Source: Octopus vulgaris (taxonomy: Eukaryota). Taken from it: a stretch of 64,000 nucleotides of DNA. The position numbers were made by a program, and so were the translations under genes. Of the stretch, positions 14,499 through 28,389 are shown in pieces; within the stretch, counting starts at the first letter, position 1, and each line of letters starts with the position of its first letter. The stretch covers positions 6,820,001-6,884,000 of the forward strand of contig OX597838.1 in NCBI GenBank assembly GCA_951406725.2. Direction: 5' to 3'. The notes under the pieces were generated by a model. That model saw only the letters and a list, made by a program, of their open reading frames with translations. It was not told the DNA's origin and did no database searches.

Positions 14499-14933
14499 GT
14501 ATGGCATGCACATTAATCGTGGCAGGCAAAGCTAACTGGAGCGGAACATATATAAATTACGAAATAAATAAATAAATAAATAAATAAAATATATCAGCGG
14601 TGCTTTGAATTAGAACTTGTCTGGTGATTTTAGAACAGGCGTTGCGCGAATGGGGAGGTTTCTGGAAGGTTAGCATGTGCAAAAATCTGTAATCATATAT
14701 TATTCGTTGTATATATTTTGCACTCTACACCATAAATAATGTATATGCATTTACATATATGTATGTGTATGTACCTATGAGATTATGTATGTATGTATAC
14801 GAGTATGTATACACATGTACATAGCGATGTGGACTCGACATGTAAAAACATAAACAAACATAAACACACAAACACACACAGAGACACACGCATATAAATA
14901 CATACGTATTTGTGTATGCGTTGATATGTATAT

Positions 14934-14979
<46 letters not shown>

Positions 14980-15214
14980 TATATATACCTATATATATAT
15001 ATATATATATATATTGTATAAGTATATATAAGTATACGCATATCATACATATATACATATATATATATAATATGTATATGTGGCGTGTGTGTATGTTGAT
15101 ATGTATATATACACACACAAACACATAGACACACACACAAAGACACACACACACGCACATATATGTTTATAGATATAGATATTCGAAGGATGGCAACACA
15201 CTTCATTATTGAGA

Positions 15215-15400
15215 TCTATACTCGCTCCCGAACTGAGCTACACGGTTCCAAATATCCCACAGATCCCATCAGAGGTGAGGGCCATATACTGCCAGAGGCT
15301 GGGATTCAGGAGCTCACAACTATTTTACGCCTTGCCAAAACATCTTGAGGGATCTTCGTGGAGTAAGGGTAGATTTATTTTAGGAACAACTTCTCCCATT
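15215..15400 (+). mobile_element. CR1/L2-like LINE ORF2 C-terminal fragment
   Basis: VPNIPQIPSEVRAIYCQRLGFRSSQLFYALPKHL/DLRGVRVDLF resembles the 'GPxLFNxLPxxLR...FK' LINE C-terminus. Confidence 0.6.
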
Positions 15401-16023
15401 GCACGTGCTTTTATTTAAGTTGATAGCTCATTGGGTGTATAAGGGACTTGGACAGTGTACTCAACTGTACCCTATTTGTCTGGGCGTTGGTTTACCTGGT
15501 AACTTATATAGGCGTATGTTCGGTAACGGTGATTGAAAACATCCATATTCAAAATTCAGATGTGATATTTCAATTGCCAATTCTCAGCAGAATACGTCGC
15601 TCTGAACCTTCAAATACCAGTGGAATACAAGATCAGATACTTTAGGAACCAGATCACTGCCAGCGTCTGCTAAGGGCAACGATGCGTAAATATCTACTTC
15701 AACTATAACCCTGTTTCACGAATATTTTTCACGCGTAGTAATATATGCACAGTATTGACAAATAATATAAGGCACACAGACACGAAAAGCTATATGAAGC
15801 GAAGCCGAGGCATCGAAAACCTGGTTGGCAAATAAATGCAAGGATGGTCATGCGTTTAAAATGTTTGCTTGCAAGCAACGGGCATTTGTGTTCAGATCCA
15901 CTTGAGCAAGTATCTGACTGTTTTTTTCTTCTGGGCCGACCACACGAATTTTACTGAATTTTGCAAACAGAAACTGAAAGAATAACATATATATACATAC
16001 ATATATGTATGTATGTACATACA

Positions 16024-16078
<55 letters not shown>

Positions 16079-16294
16079 CATACATATATATATACATACA
16101 TAATATATATATACATACATATATATATATACATGTATATATATATATATATGTGTGGTGTGTGCATATAGGAGTATAGAACCTCACATAACCGTAAACA
16201 TCATGGACCCATTAGTTTGCGCATTTCATGTTGTTTATGGTTTGTGTACCCATATATACATATCTATCTATCTATCTATCTATCTTTCAAACTA

Positions 16295-16396
<102 letters not shown>

Positions 16397-16397
16397 C

Positions 16398-16448
<51 letters not shown>

Positions 16449-17378
16449 GCAATATATCTATCTTTCTCTTTATCTATGTATCTCAGTGTTTATATATTTG
16501 CCTAATGATCTATCAGTTCATCTATGAATTTATTTATCAGTTTATTCTAGAAATATATATTCACCCCACACACACACACATACACACACAAATACACTCT
16601 CATGTCTGTGTATAAATCTGCGTGTGTGTGTGTGTGTGTGTTGTACGTATGTTTGCATAGATATACGTGTTCAAGTGTATATGTACGTCTCCTCGTCGTT
16701 TGCTCTACGCATTTTAATCTGTTATATTTACCCTCTTTGCTCTCCCATACCTTTAATCCCCCCGTCACCGCCACTCCCTCTACAGCAATCGTATTGCTCC
16801 CTTCCTGCCTGGAATCCCTTTATTCTTCGAAAATTTTTCCTTCCTTCCCTCTACTTTTTCATCCGCCATTCCCTCAGTCACCCACCCCCACCACCACCAC
16901 CGCTTCTACCGCCGCAAAAAGAACACAGCAGCACCTCCACAAAAACCACCACCACCACAACCACCGCCTCCACCACCATCACCGCCACCGCTTCCACCAC
17001 CATCACCGCCACCCTGTCTGTTCCTATTACTACAGCTGCCTGTCTGCCTGTCTGCTCTGCCACTCAGTATTGGATTTTCGCTGCTCAGCTGTCACCGACC
17101 GGCAATCATTGCCTGCAGCAAGATACAGCGGCAGCAGCAACAACAACAACAACAACAACTAAAACAACAGAAGCATGAGATCCAGTCACAACAACAACAA
17201 CAACAACACCAATAGGAAATTCAATCTCAACGAAGACAATAACAGGAATACAAACAACAGCAACAACAACAACAACAACAATAACAATTGCTAAAACAAC
17301 AACACAAGCGATATCAAATGCGCACACCACAACAGCAATAACAGCAACACTACCACCGGCAACAACAACAACAACAGT

Positions 17379-17550
17379 AGAGGCGCAATGGAACAGTGGT
17401 TAGGGCAGCGGACACGTGGTCGTAAGAGCGCGGTTTCGATTCCAAGACCGGGCATTGAGCTAAACAACCTAAGCACCACGGAACTCCGGCGAGGTGGAGT
17501 GAACCACGCTGTACTCTTTCACCACAACTTTCTCTCACTCTGTCTTCCTA
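17379..17550 (+). mobile_element. SINE family C (tRNA-derived)
   Basis: gaggcgcaatgg..agtggttagggcagcggac..ggtttcgattcc head, homologous to 52278-52585. Confidence 0.85.
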
Positions 17551-17774
17551 CTTCTGCCACAAAGCAGAGGAACCATGTTGTAACCCACTATGGTGTGGTA
17601 AACTTTCAGACCCTAGTCTAGATTGCAAATGCTCTGTACCCCAGGATGGTTCACCTCACCACCCGTTAAATGGCACCGTTTATGGAATGAGGAATACGCC
17701 TACGCATTTCGCCAGGCGTGGTAACGATTCTGCCAGCTCGCCGCATTAACAACATTAAATATTAAGGAACATCG

Positions 17775-18299
17775 GTGCAGGCGTAGTTGTGTGGTTAAGA
17801 AGCTTGCTTCCCAACCATGTAGTCTTGGGTTCAGTCCCACTGCACTGCATCTAGAGGAAGTGCTTTCTCCTATAACCCTCGGCCGAAGAAAGCTTTGTGA
17901 ATTCATTTGATAGAAGGAAATACAAAAAAAACATCGTACATACATGCTTATATAAACATGGGTTCAGTCCCACTGCGTGGCACCTTGGGCAAGTGTCTTC
18001 TGCTATAGCCCCGGGCCGACCAATGCCTTGTGAGTTGATTTGGTAGACGGAAACTGAAAGAAGCCTGTCGTATATGTATATATATATATATGTGTATGTG
18101 TGTGTTTGTGTTTGCGTGTCTGTGTTTGTCCCCCTAGCATTGCTTGACAACCAATGCTGGTGTGTATATATCTCCGTCACTTAGCGGTTCGGCAAAAGAG
18201 ACCGATAGAAAAAGTACTGGGCTTACAAAGAATAAGTCCCGGGGTTGATTTGCATGGCCGCAGTCAGATGACTGAAACAAGTAAAAGAGTAAAAGAGTA
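17775..18299 (+). mobile_element. Two adjacent or nested SINE family B copies
   Basis: Two gggttcagtcccactgc B-box regions (17827, 17960). CORE-like ccttgggcaagtg and (taaaagag)n tail. Confidence 0.9.
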
Positions 18300-18330
18300 T
18301 GTGTGTATGTGTAAGTAGTAGTAATAATAA

Positions 18331-18410
<80 letters not shown>

Positions 18411-18718
18411 ACAGCAGCAGCAATTCCGTACCTCAGTTTTACACCCAGTGTTGATTTGCTTTCGTCCCCATAACCCAGCGCTTCTGGTGCAAGGAAAGTA
18501 ATAGCCCTGTGGTCCATTAAAACCCTTCAAAGTGGTGCCCCAGCATGGCCCCAGTCCAATGAATCAAACAAGTAGAAGATAAAGGATTAATTATCTGCTA
18601 GACTAAATTTCGACGGAACCCTGTAACTTAAGGGAAGCAGGGGTTTTGAGGCTCCTTAATACTTGTTTGCTTGGCGTGGGGCAGTTTGTTATGGCGTTGG
18701 ACTTTGTTGTTTCTCCAG

Positions 18719-18784
18719 AACAGATGAAACTGCGCGACCGCGTCACGGTTCCGTCGTTGGCTACCCTTAAATTACTGCAATAAA
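18719..18784 (+). other. Candidate alternative terminal exon with poly(A) signal
   Basis: ctttgttgtttctccag acceptor. Phase-1 frame xQMKLRDRVTVPSLATLKLLQ*. AATAAA at 18779-18784 overlaps the stop, followed by a GT-rich tract. Confidence 0.35.
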
Positions 18785-19535
18785 GAGAATACCGTTGGTT
18801 GTTGTATAGTCTCAGGCCAAAAGTGATGTAGCAGACACGTGATCAAAGGAATTCCAACTGTGACAATCCTGTGTTTGTATAAGACAACAGTATCTAATTA
18901 GCCCGACACTAATTTTAAGAGAGTGACACAAAGATTTAAGATACGTACACACACACACATAAATATATATGTATATGTACATATAAACATACACATTTGT
19001 ATGTATATATAGAAATATATACATATGTACGTATATATATACGTGCATACGTAATATGCTAATTTAATGACTTCAAATATGCATGCTGGCTTTTTTTTAA
19101 TTGAAATCTCCAAACTACAGACACGCCTCAACTTACGTTGGTAATTGCTTCTATTATGTTGAACGTAACTCGAGAAACGACGTGACACGAAAATACATTT
19201 ATCACATATTTATTAGCTCACCTTTTCATTAAAATTTATATATATTTTCACCTGCATTATATTTGAGTTCTCAGATCAATTTTGGACTTTAGGTGAGTTT
19301 AATTGTTATGTATTTCAATAGGTTCGGCTAATCGACTGAAATTGGGGTTTATTTCTTTAAGATGATATAAAAAAAAAACGGTAAAGACTTAACTCGAAAC
19401 GACGGAAGGTGAAGTATGCCTATATTTGTATTTAAAATTGTCGATATTTTATTATCTCTTTAAATAATTGCGAAATACGATGGAATGAATAAAGCTGCAT
19501 TAAGCACAACCATATTGCTCATAGTTTATCAGAAG

Positions 19536-20436
19536 AAATACCTATTTCTTTACTACCCACAAGGGGCTAAACACAGAGGGGAAGAACAAGGACGGACAAA
19601 CGGATTAAGTCGATTACATCGACGCCCAGTGCGTAACTGGTACTTAATTTTTCGACCCCGAAAGGATGAAAGGCAAAGTCGACATAATCCGTTTGTCTAT
19701 CCTTGTTTGTCTCCTCTGTGCTTAGTCCCTTGCGGGTAGTAAAGAAATAGGTATTTCGTCTGCGGCTACGTTCACAGTTCAAATTCCGCCGGGGTCGACT
19801 TTGCCTTTCATTCTTTCAGGGTCGATAAATTAAGTACCAGTTACGCACTGGGGTCAATGTAATCGACTTCATTCGTTTTTCTGTCCTTGTTTGTCCCCTC
19901 TGTGTTAAGCCCCTTGTGGGTAGTAAAGAAATAGGTATTTCGTCTGCGGCTACGTTCACAGTTCAAATTCCGCCGGGGTCGACTTTGCCTTTCATTCTTT
20001 CAGGGTCGATAAATTAAGTACCAGTTACGCACTGGGGTCAATGTAATCGACTTCATTCGTTTTTCTGTCCTTGTTTGTCCCCTCTGTGTTAAGCCCCTTG
20101 TGGGTAGTAAAGAAATAGGTATTTCGTCTGCGGCTACGTTCTGAGTTCAAATTCCGCTGGGGTCGACTTTGCCTTTCATCCTTTCGGGGTCGATAAATCA
20201 AGTACCAGTTACGCACTTGGACTCGATGTAATCGACTTAATTCGTTTGTCTGTCCTTGTTTGCCCCGTCTGTGTTAAGCCTCTTGTGGGTAGTAAAGAAA
20301 TAGGTATTTCGCCTGTCTTTGCGTTCTGAGTTCAAATTCCGCCGGGGTCGACTTTAACTTTCTTCGTTTCGGGGTGGATAAATTAACTACAAGTGGCGTA
20401 CTAAAAAAATTCTGGGCCTTGCGCCTAGAGTAGATA
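19536..20436. mobile_element. SINE family A cluster: one minus copy fused to a tandem array of headless 184-bp + strand bodies
   Basis: ggtatttcg junctions at 19750, 19934, 20118 and 20303. The first two units look identical by eye. Confidence 0.92.
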
Positions 20437-20869
20437 AGTATATAACTTTGCAATTTGTGTAAAATCGTATATTTAGTCCATCAAAAGTATTCCAAGATCA
20501 ATACATTAATGGCACAATTTATTATTTGTGCCATTAAACACAATTTATTCTAAGGTAACAATAAATAAAACTCTTTCAAAGTGTCTAAGATGGCGCGTAA
20601 CCTATTGGATTTCAAAAGAAAATGGCCGATATTCTACGGAAAAATAATTGCAACAAATCTATCTTAAAATAACAATAGAAATCACCAAATATTTGTCTAC
20701 CTCCTAGACACAACATTAAACCTACTTTACAATTCCTATGAGTAGTTTATAACACCTTGCGGCAAATCTCTCTATATTTGCATTGAGATTTCAAGCAATG
20801 ACCAAATGTTATTATACAAATATTTATTTACTAATAAGTAAACAAATTAAATAATATTTATTTTCACAA

Positions 20870-21340
20870 AGGCGGTGAGCTGGCAGTAAGTTTAACAAGC
20901 CCGGCTAAATGTGTAGCGTCAATTCGCCCGTTTTAACGTATTTACTTCAAATACCGCCGAGGGTGAATTTTTATTTCACCCCGTTCGGATTAAGTCGAGT
21001 ACATCGACTCCAGTGCGTAACTGGTACTTAATTTATCGACCCCGAAAGGATGAAAGGCAAAGTCGACCTCGGCGGAATTTGAACTCAGAACGTAACGGCT
21101 GACGAAATACCTATTTCTTTACTACCCACAAGGGGCTAAACATAGAGAGGGCAAACAAGGACAGACAAACGGATTAAGTCGATTACATCGACCCCAGTGC
21201 GTAACTGGTACTTTTGATTTAACGACCCCGAAAGAATCAAAGGCAAAGTCGACCTCGGCGGAATTTGAACTCAGAACGTAACGGCAGACGAAATGCGGCT
21301 ACGCATTTCGCCCGGCGTGCTAACGTTTCTGCCAGCTCGC
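20870..21340 (-). mobile_element. SINE family A tandem minus copies inside an older + strand copy
   Basis: Two consecutive reverse-complement bodies joined at gaaatacctatttc (21101-21120). Degenerate + strand head at 20870. Confidence 0.88.
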
Positions 21341-21473
21341 CTAGTACCAGTTGAGCACAAGGGTCAATGGAACAAACTTACCACATTCTTTGAAAATGTT
21401 GGCCCTGTGCCGAAATCTAAAAAAAAAAACCAGTATTTATTTCTCATGAATAAAACACTATTTCTCAGAATAG

Positions 21474-21545
<72 letters not shown>

Positions 21546-21879
21546 GGTGCCTGTAGAGACGGTCTGATGCATGTATATGTAAATAATTCCTTCAACTTCG
21601 AGATTTCCTGCAAAGGTTTGCCGCTAAGGACCATATTTGTTAGTTTTTATTCGAACTTTTCATGAATATATTTTTTCTTAGTGCAACACATTTTTCTTTT
21701 TCACGCCCCAGATTCCTGTATTTATACATATTCATTATGAATATGACAGTCTGTCAGACGGAATATATAACACCTACTCAATCTTATTAGATGTCTATTC
21801 TACAGTCATAGTCTATGCTTCCGCCTCGGTTTCGTATATTCTCTTTACTATCTTGTATTTTAATATGAGCTTAGCAGTT

Positions 21880-22865
21880 AAGGCGGAGAGCTGGTAGAAT
21901 CGTTGCCATATTGGAGAGAATGCTTAACGGTATTACTTCCGGCGAGCTGGCAGAATCGTTAGCACGCCGGGCGAAATGTTAAGCGGTATTTCGTCTGCCG
22001 TTACGTTCTGAGTTCAAATTCCGCCGAGGTCGACTTTGCCTTTCATCCTTCGGGGTCGATAAATTAAGTACCAATTTCGCACTGGGGTCGATGTAATCGA
22101 CTTAATCCGTTTGTCTGTCCTTGTTTGTCCCCTCTGCGTTTAGCCCCTTGTGGGTAATAAAGAAATAGGTATTTCGTCTTCTGCTACGTTCTGAGTTCAA
22201 ATTCCGCCGAGGTCGACTTTGCCTTTGATTGTTTCGGGGTCGATAAATTAAGTACCAGTTACGCACTGGAGTCGATGTAATCGACTTAATCCGTTTGTCT
22301 GTCCTTGTTTGTCCCCTCAGTGTTTAGCCCCTTGTGGGTAGTAAAGAAATAGGTATCACTTCCGATTAAGGCGGCGAGCTGGCAGAAACGCTAGCACGCC
22401 GGGCGAAAGACTTAGCGGTATTTCGTCTTCTGCTACGTTCTGAGTTCAAATTCCGCCGAGGTCGACTTTGCCTTTGATTCATTCGGGGTCGATAAATTAA
22501 GTACCAGTTACGCACTGGAGTCGATGTAATCGACTTAATCCGTTTGTCTGTCCTTGTTTGTCCCCTCAGTGTTTAGCCCCTTGTAGGTAGTAAAGAAATA
22601 GGTATTACTTCCGATTAAGGTGGCGAGCTGGCAGAAACTTTAGCACGCCGGGCGAAAGGCGTAGCCGTATTTCGTCGGTCATTACGTTCTGAGTTCAAAT
22701 TCCGCCGAGGTCGACTTTGCCTTTCACCCTTTCGGGGTCGATAAATTAAGTACCAGTTACGCACTGGGGTCGATATTATCGGCTCAATCCGTTTGTCTGT
22801 CCTTGTTTGTTCCCTCTATGTTTAGCCCCTTGTGGGTAGTAAAGAAATAGGTATTACTTCCGATT
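21880..22865 (+). mobile_element. SINE family A array separated by a repeated target motif
   Basis: ggtat(t/c)acttccg(att) at 21929, 22352, 22601 and 22850, flanking successive SINE units. Confidence 0.92.
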
Positions 22866-23164
22866 TCTTAGGTACTGATTTCAAAAACAGTTCAGATCGA
22901 ATCCGCGTTTCAGATTCGATAATTTAAAAAGGCGTTGAACACTGGAGTCGACATAATCAACTCTCTAACTCTCCCTAGAATTTCACACACTTCGCCAATG
23001 ATACAAAGACAAAAAACAAATGACTTTACGACTTGTTTCATTATTAAAAGATAGAAGCACCATACAGCGTAATTTTGTTTCAATTTGCTACGATTTCTCA
23101 ATCTTCCTCTCGCTCTGTCCCTTGTTTGCTTGATCTCTCTCTCTCTCTGTCTCTCTCTTTATCT

Positions 23165-23200
<36 letters not shown>

Positions 23201-23448
23201 ATCCTTAGAAATCTACCGCGTATCAGTTCTTCAATCATTGGTCAATTTTCTCTGCCCTTGCCATCTTTCGATTTATTAGGATTATACTTGTAACTCAGTA
23301 TTGTTCAATGTCACATTGTTCATTGCCAACATTTTGGACATCATTCCGAATCATAAAAGTGTTCATACACAAAAGTACATACATATGTGCACATGCGCAC
23401 ACTCGCGCAAAAACGCACAGATACATATATAAATAATACATACATACA

Positions 23449-23479
<31 letters not shown>

Positions 23480-23639
23480 GTATGTGTGCGTATGTGTGTG
23501 TATGTATTGTATGTATTGTATAGATATGTCTATATACATGTATGCATATGTACATGTATGTATATGTGTATATTTCCACACACACACACATATACATATA
23601 CACGCATACATAAGATGTCTACAGTCAAATACACATATA

Positions 23640-23790
23640 GATAGATAGATAGAGGGAGAGAGTGAGAGAAGAAAAGATAGATACAGATATAGAAAAAAAG
23701 AGAGAAAGAAAGAAATGTAGACAGATAGCTAGATGGATGGATGGATAAATAGATAAGTAGGTAGATAGATAGATGGATAGAAAGATAGAC

Positions 23791-23839
<49 letters not shown>

Positions 23840-23847
23840 CATAGGAT

Positions 23848-23884
<37 letters not shown>

Positions 23885-23927
23885 TGAGATAGATAGATAG
23901 ATAGATAGATAGATACATAGGGATATG

Positions 23928-23966
<39 letters not shown>

Positions 23967-24003
23967 TGATAGAGTGATTGATTGATAGAAAAATAGAAAG
24001 ATG

Positions 24004-24041
<38 letters not shown>

Positions 24042-24129
24042 AAGAAAGAAAGAAAGAAAGAAAGAAAAACAAAGAAAGAAAGATAGATAGATAGATTGAT
24101 TGATAGAAAAATAGAAAGATGGATAGATG

Positions 24130-24169
<40 letters not shown>

Positions 24170-24290
24170 TATAGAAAGAAAGAAAGAAAGAAATAAGGAA
24201 AAACAAAGAAAGAAAGATAGAGAGATAGTTAGATAGAGATATAGAAAGAAAGAAAGAAAGAAAGAAAGGCAGTTATGTAGATAGATAGCA
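23640..24290. repeat. Compound (GATA)n/(GAAA)n microsatellite
   Basis: Directly visible. Confidence 0.95.
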
Positions 24291-24304
24291 CAGACGTATA
24301 TGAG

Positions 24305-24350
<46 letters not shown>

Positions 24351-24625
24351 TGTGTAACTGCACGCATGCCCATACACAGAACCAACAGTTGTTTATGCAG
24401 AAACCATACATATGCCCTTTATCTCAATTTCATTCTATCCGAACTGGCACTGGACATGACTAATATATTTTCTTATGTAGGCCCTAAACCCCATCCTATA
24501 CTTGTAATAACTTATTGTAAACCTTGACCTTTTGCAACAAATTTAGGATTCATCAACCAGGCCTTGTTCTTAGCAACGTCGCATTAATCTCATTTGCATT
24601 TCATTATAGTTGCTGCTATTTATCC

Positions 24626-24730
<105 letters not shown>

Positions 24731-24900
24731 CTTTCTCTCTCGCTCTCTACAAATGTATCCGCATATTTATCTATCTATCTATGTATCCATGTATCTGTCT
24801 ATACATATATATATATATGTATGTATGCATGTATGTACATCTGTATGCATGCATATATACATATATACACATAGAAAGAGATGGGGACATACACATGTAC

Positions 24901-25001
<101 letters not shown>

Positions 25002-25016
25002 TACATATATATATAC

Positions 25017-25190
<174 letters not shown>

Positions 25191-25562
25191 ATATATATGC
25201 ATACACTCACACATAAACACACGCATATATGTGTGAGTGCGTGTTTGTACGTCTGTTTCTTTCTCTTCCTATTTTCACATACAGAATCACAATCCTTGCG
25301 ACAAATTATATCTCCAATGAAACATTCGCACGTCCACACACACACGCACACACACACTCACTCATGTGCACACACTCACACGCACACACTCAATTCCTCA
25401 TACGCGTACACGGCTACATATCGAGGATAAAAAACCATCCCAACAAAACCATACAGCTTCCGATTCTCCTTCTTCCTGTTCGTCTTCATCATTTCTTCCC
25501 ATCCCATCTGCATTGTTATTTTTCCCCTGGGATCTAATAATTACATTCCACCAACAAACAAT

Positions 25563-25592
25563 ATGGCAGCTGTGTTTGTCTGGTTACAGATG
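25563..25592 (+). other. Candidate short first coding exon (MAAVFVWLQM) or 3-nt microexon
   Basis: aacaatATGGCAG...CAGATG|gtaact. An alternative reading is ttacag|ATG|gtaact. Confidence 0.15.
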
Positions 25593-25749
25593 GTAACTTT
25601 AACGAGCTCGTCCAAATCCAACTACCACGCTAATCCTTGGGCAAGTTCCTTCTACCTTAATCTTGATTTGTCCACAAAATTACCTACGAAAATTGGTACA
25701 TGAATTCTTGTTACTCTGACCAGCATGCAGACACAAGCGTATATATATG

Positions 25750-26029
25750 ATCACCGTGACCGACCAGGCCATCAGATGCTGTTACACATCGCTGGTCACA
25801 ATGCGCTTCGCATTGTTTTAGCCTTCAAATGACGCCACCCCACTGGATAAAGGAGCAGGCCAACAGAAGAAAGAGTGAGAGAAAGTTGTGGCGAAAGAGT
25901 ACAACAGGGATCGCCACCAGCCCCTGCCGGAGCCTCGTGGAGCTTTAGGTGTTTTCGCCCGGTCTGGGAATCGAAACCGCGATCCTACGACCGCGAGTCC
26001 GCTGCCCTAATCACTAGGCCATTGCGCCT

Positions 26030-26031
<2 letters not shown>
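25750..26031 (-). mobile_element. SINE family C, full length
   Basis: Reverse complement of the 52278-52585 copy, inserted in (AT)n. Confidence 0.9.
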
Positions 26032-26105
<74 letters not shown>

Positions 26106-26317
26106 CATACATACATACACACACACACACACACATAGAAATGGAAAGATAGATAGTGTGCGAATGAGAGGGTGAGAAGAATATAGAGAAGACAGGAAGA
26201 AGATTTTGTATTTCTGTTGCGATTGGTTTAAAGAGAATTCGTGGATCACTCCAGATATTGTTATGCACTGGCAAATAAATTGCCATCTTGCCTCCTTTTT
26301 CACTCTCTCTTGCCACA

Positions 26318-26374
<57 letters not shown>

Positions 26375-26656
26375 AATATATGTATGTATATATGCATGTA
26401 TACAAACATATATTTGTGTGAATATATATACACATACATACTTGTATGTATGTTGTATGTATATGCAAGTCTATTATTATCATTGTCTGTCAACTTGTAC
26501 TAATTAACTAAAAATAATATCTGTGATCAATCAGCTGGTTTATTTCATTTGACTGATTTTGTCGAAGCCTACCACAAACCGATGATCTACCTTCACCGGT
26601 TTTCTTACGTTATTCTCGCTTTTTCTCCTTTCCTCTTTTTCGTACTCCAACATTAG

Positions 26657-26689
26657 CTCTCAGAGCGAAAGAGAGGGAGTTAAAGATAG
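26657..26689 (+). other. Candidate 33-nt frame-preserving microexon (xLRAKERELKIx)
   Basis: ~50-nt polypyrimidine tract (26600-26650), cattag acceptor, AG|gtacat donor, purine-rich exon body. Confidence 0.3.
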
Positions 26690-26696
26690 GTACATC

Positions 26697-26727
<31 letters not shown>

Positions 26728-27015
26728 CTTTATGCAAGAGTGAATTGAGGGATATATGTGTGTTTTAAATGGTTATATTCACTCTTCCGTAATTCAATTC
26801 AAATAATTATCACATAATATCTACATCATATATACGTGTGTGTGTGTGTGTGTGTGTGTTTGTGTGTATTTATGTTGCGTAGATCATATATACATCTAAA
26901 TATTGCATATATATTTATTATAAATTATATCAATTAAAAAGTATTCTACAATTAACGTATCTCTTCGGTAATTCCAAAATATTCAAACATAAATCTATAT
27001 ATATATATAAAAAAA

Positions 27016-27079
<64 letters not shown>

Positions 27080-27497
27080 GCACACGCGCGTATTCTTGCC
27101 CTAAAACACTGACACGCACATACAGATACACTTAGATACACACCGACACACACATTTATATTTATATTTCTATCTTTAGAGACAATGTGTTCTATAAATT
27201 TTCCATAGAAAAATTCTCTCAAAATATGACGCAAAACAAATTTATGTAAAGAATTTTATAACAAAGAATTTAATATTCTTACTTTCCTAGATATCTTCGA
27301 GATAATTATGTCATTGAACTTGTACACACAAATCCAGTTGCTGAAATCTTATAATCAAAATGGCAGAAGTGCGAACATAACGCTAATAGTGCAGTCAAAG
27401 TTATTATTTAGAGTAACTCTCCTCTGTCTTAGAGCATTGACAATAACAGTTATGAAGCATAACTCACCTCATAATACTGATAAATAAAAGCAATTGC

Positions 27498-27532
<35 letters not shown>

Positions 27533-27639
27533 CAGCAGCAGCAGCAGCATCAGTAGTAGTAGTAGTAGCAGCAGCAGCCACAGTAGTAGTAGCAGCAGCA
27601 GCAGAAGCAGTAGTAGTAGTAGTATTTTTTGTTGTAGTA

Positions 27640-28320
27640 AAAGCGTCTTGATTAAGGCTGATGAACGGAGACCTTAGGAAAAAAAATACGGATAGAGTCA
27701 TAAGGAATTCTCAAGAGAAGTCATCGGTGTGGAGGAATGGCATCATGCCAAAAATTGACAGAACTGCGAAATGTAGAGTATGTAATGAGAAAGTGGAAAC
27801 CGGTATGCACAGAAGGATTATTGACGCAGACGTCACTGTGTGGTCATAGCACTAAACTGAGATGTATTACGACAAAAAGGATCTGAAGTAGGGAGAAAAT
27901 GGTATCGTGGTATCACCATATGCCACAAAGTGTAACAGAGAACAACTCGTATATGATCAAATGAAACTTTTAACACGCAGACTGATCCTGAATTTCATGC
28001 AAAGGGACCATATATTATCGTCCTACACAAGGGGCCAAATGAATGCATCATCATGGATGTGGCAATGTGTGCGGACGTGAATGTAGCAATAAAAGAAAAT
28101 GAGAAAACGTGAAATACCAGAATGTGGCTAGGGAAATACAAATGATGGAGGGTTTCTTCATAAGTAACCCCAGTTGTTCTTGGTGTCCTTGGTACCGTGA
28201 CAATCAGATTTGGCAGTTCTCTTATTATGATTGGTGTATCTATGAGAGTCGCATTAATTCGGAAATGTAATCTATTGAGAAGAGTAAGGATTCTAAGAAA
28301 TGTCCTTGATCAAAGGAAAC
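27640..28320 (+). mobile_element. R4/Dong-clade retrotransposon 3' remnant (zinc knuckle plus restriction-like endonuclease)
   Basis: KCRVCNEKVET..H, PQSVTEN, GPYIIVLHK..NECIIMDVA, KENEK..KYQNVAREI, PVVLGVLGTV, RILRNVL. Many stops and frameshifts. Confidence 0.85.
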
Positions 28321-28389
28321 TGGTTGTGAACCCGTATCAAAGGCACTGATTACAAATGTAATACATATTAGTAATACCTTCTAATATGT

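Noticed and set aside
19750-22865. CRISPR-like repeat/spacer appearance of the SINE arrays
   Set aside because: The 'spacers' are homologous SINE copies, the DNA is eukaryotic and there are no cas genes.
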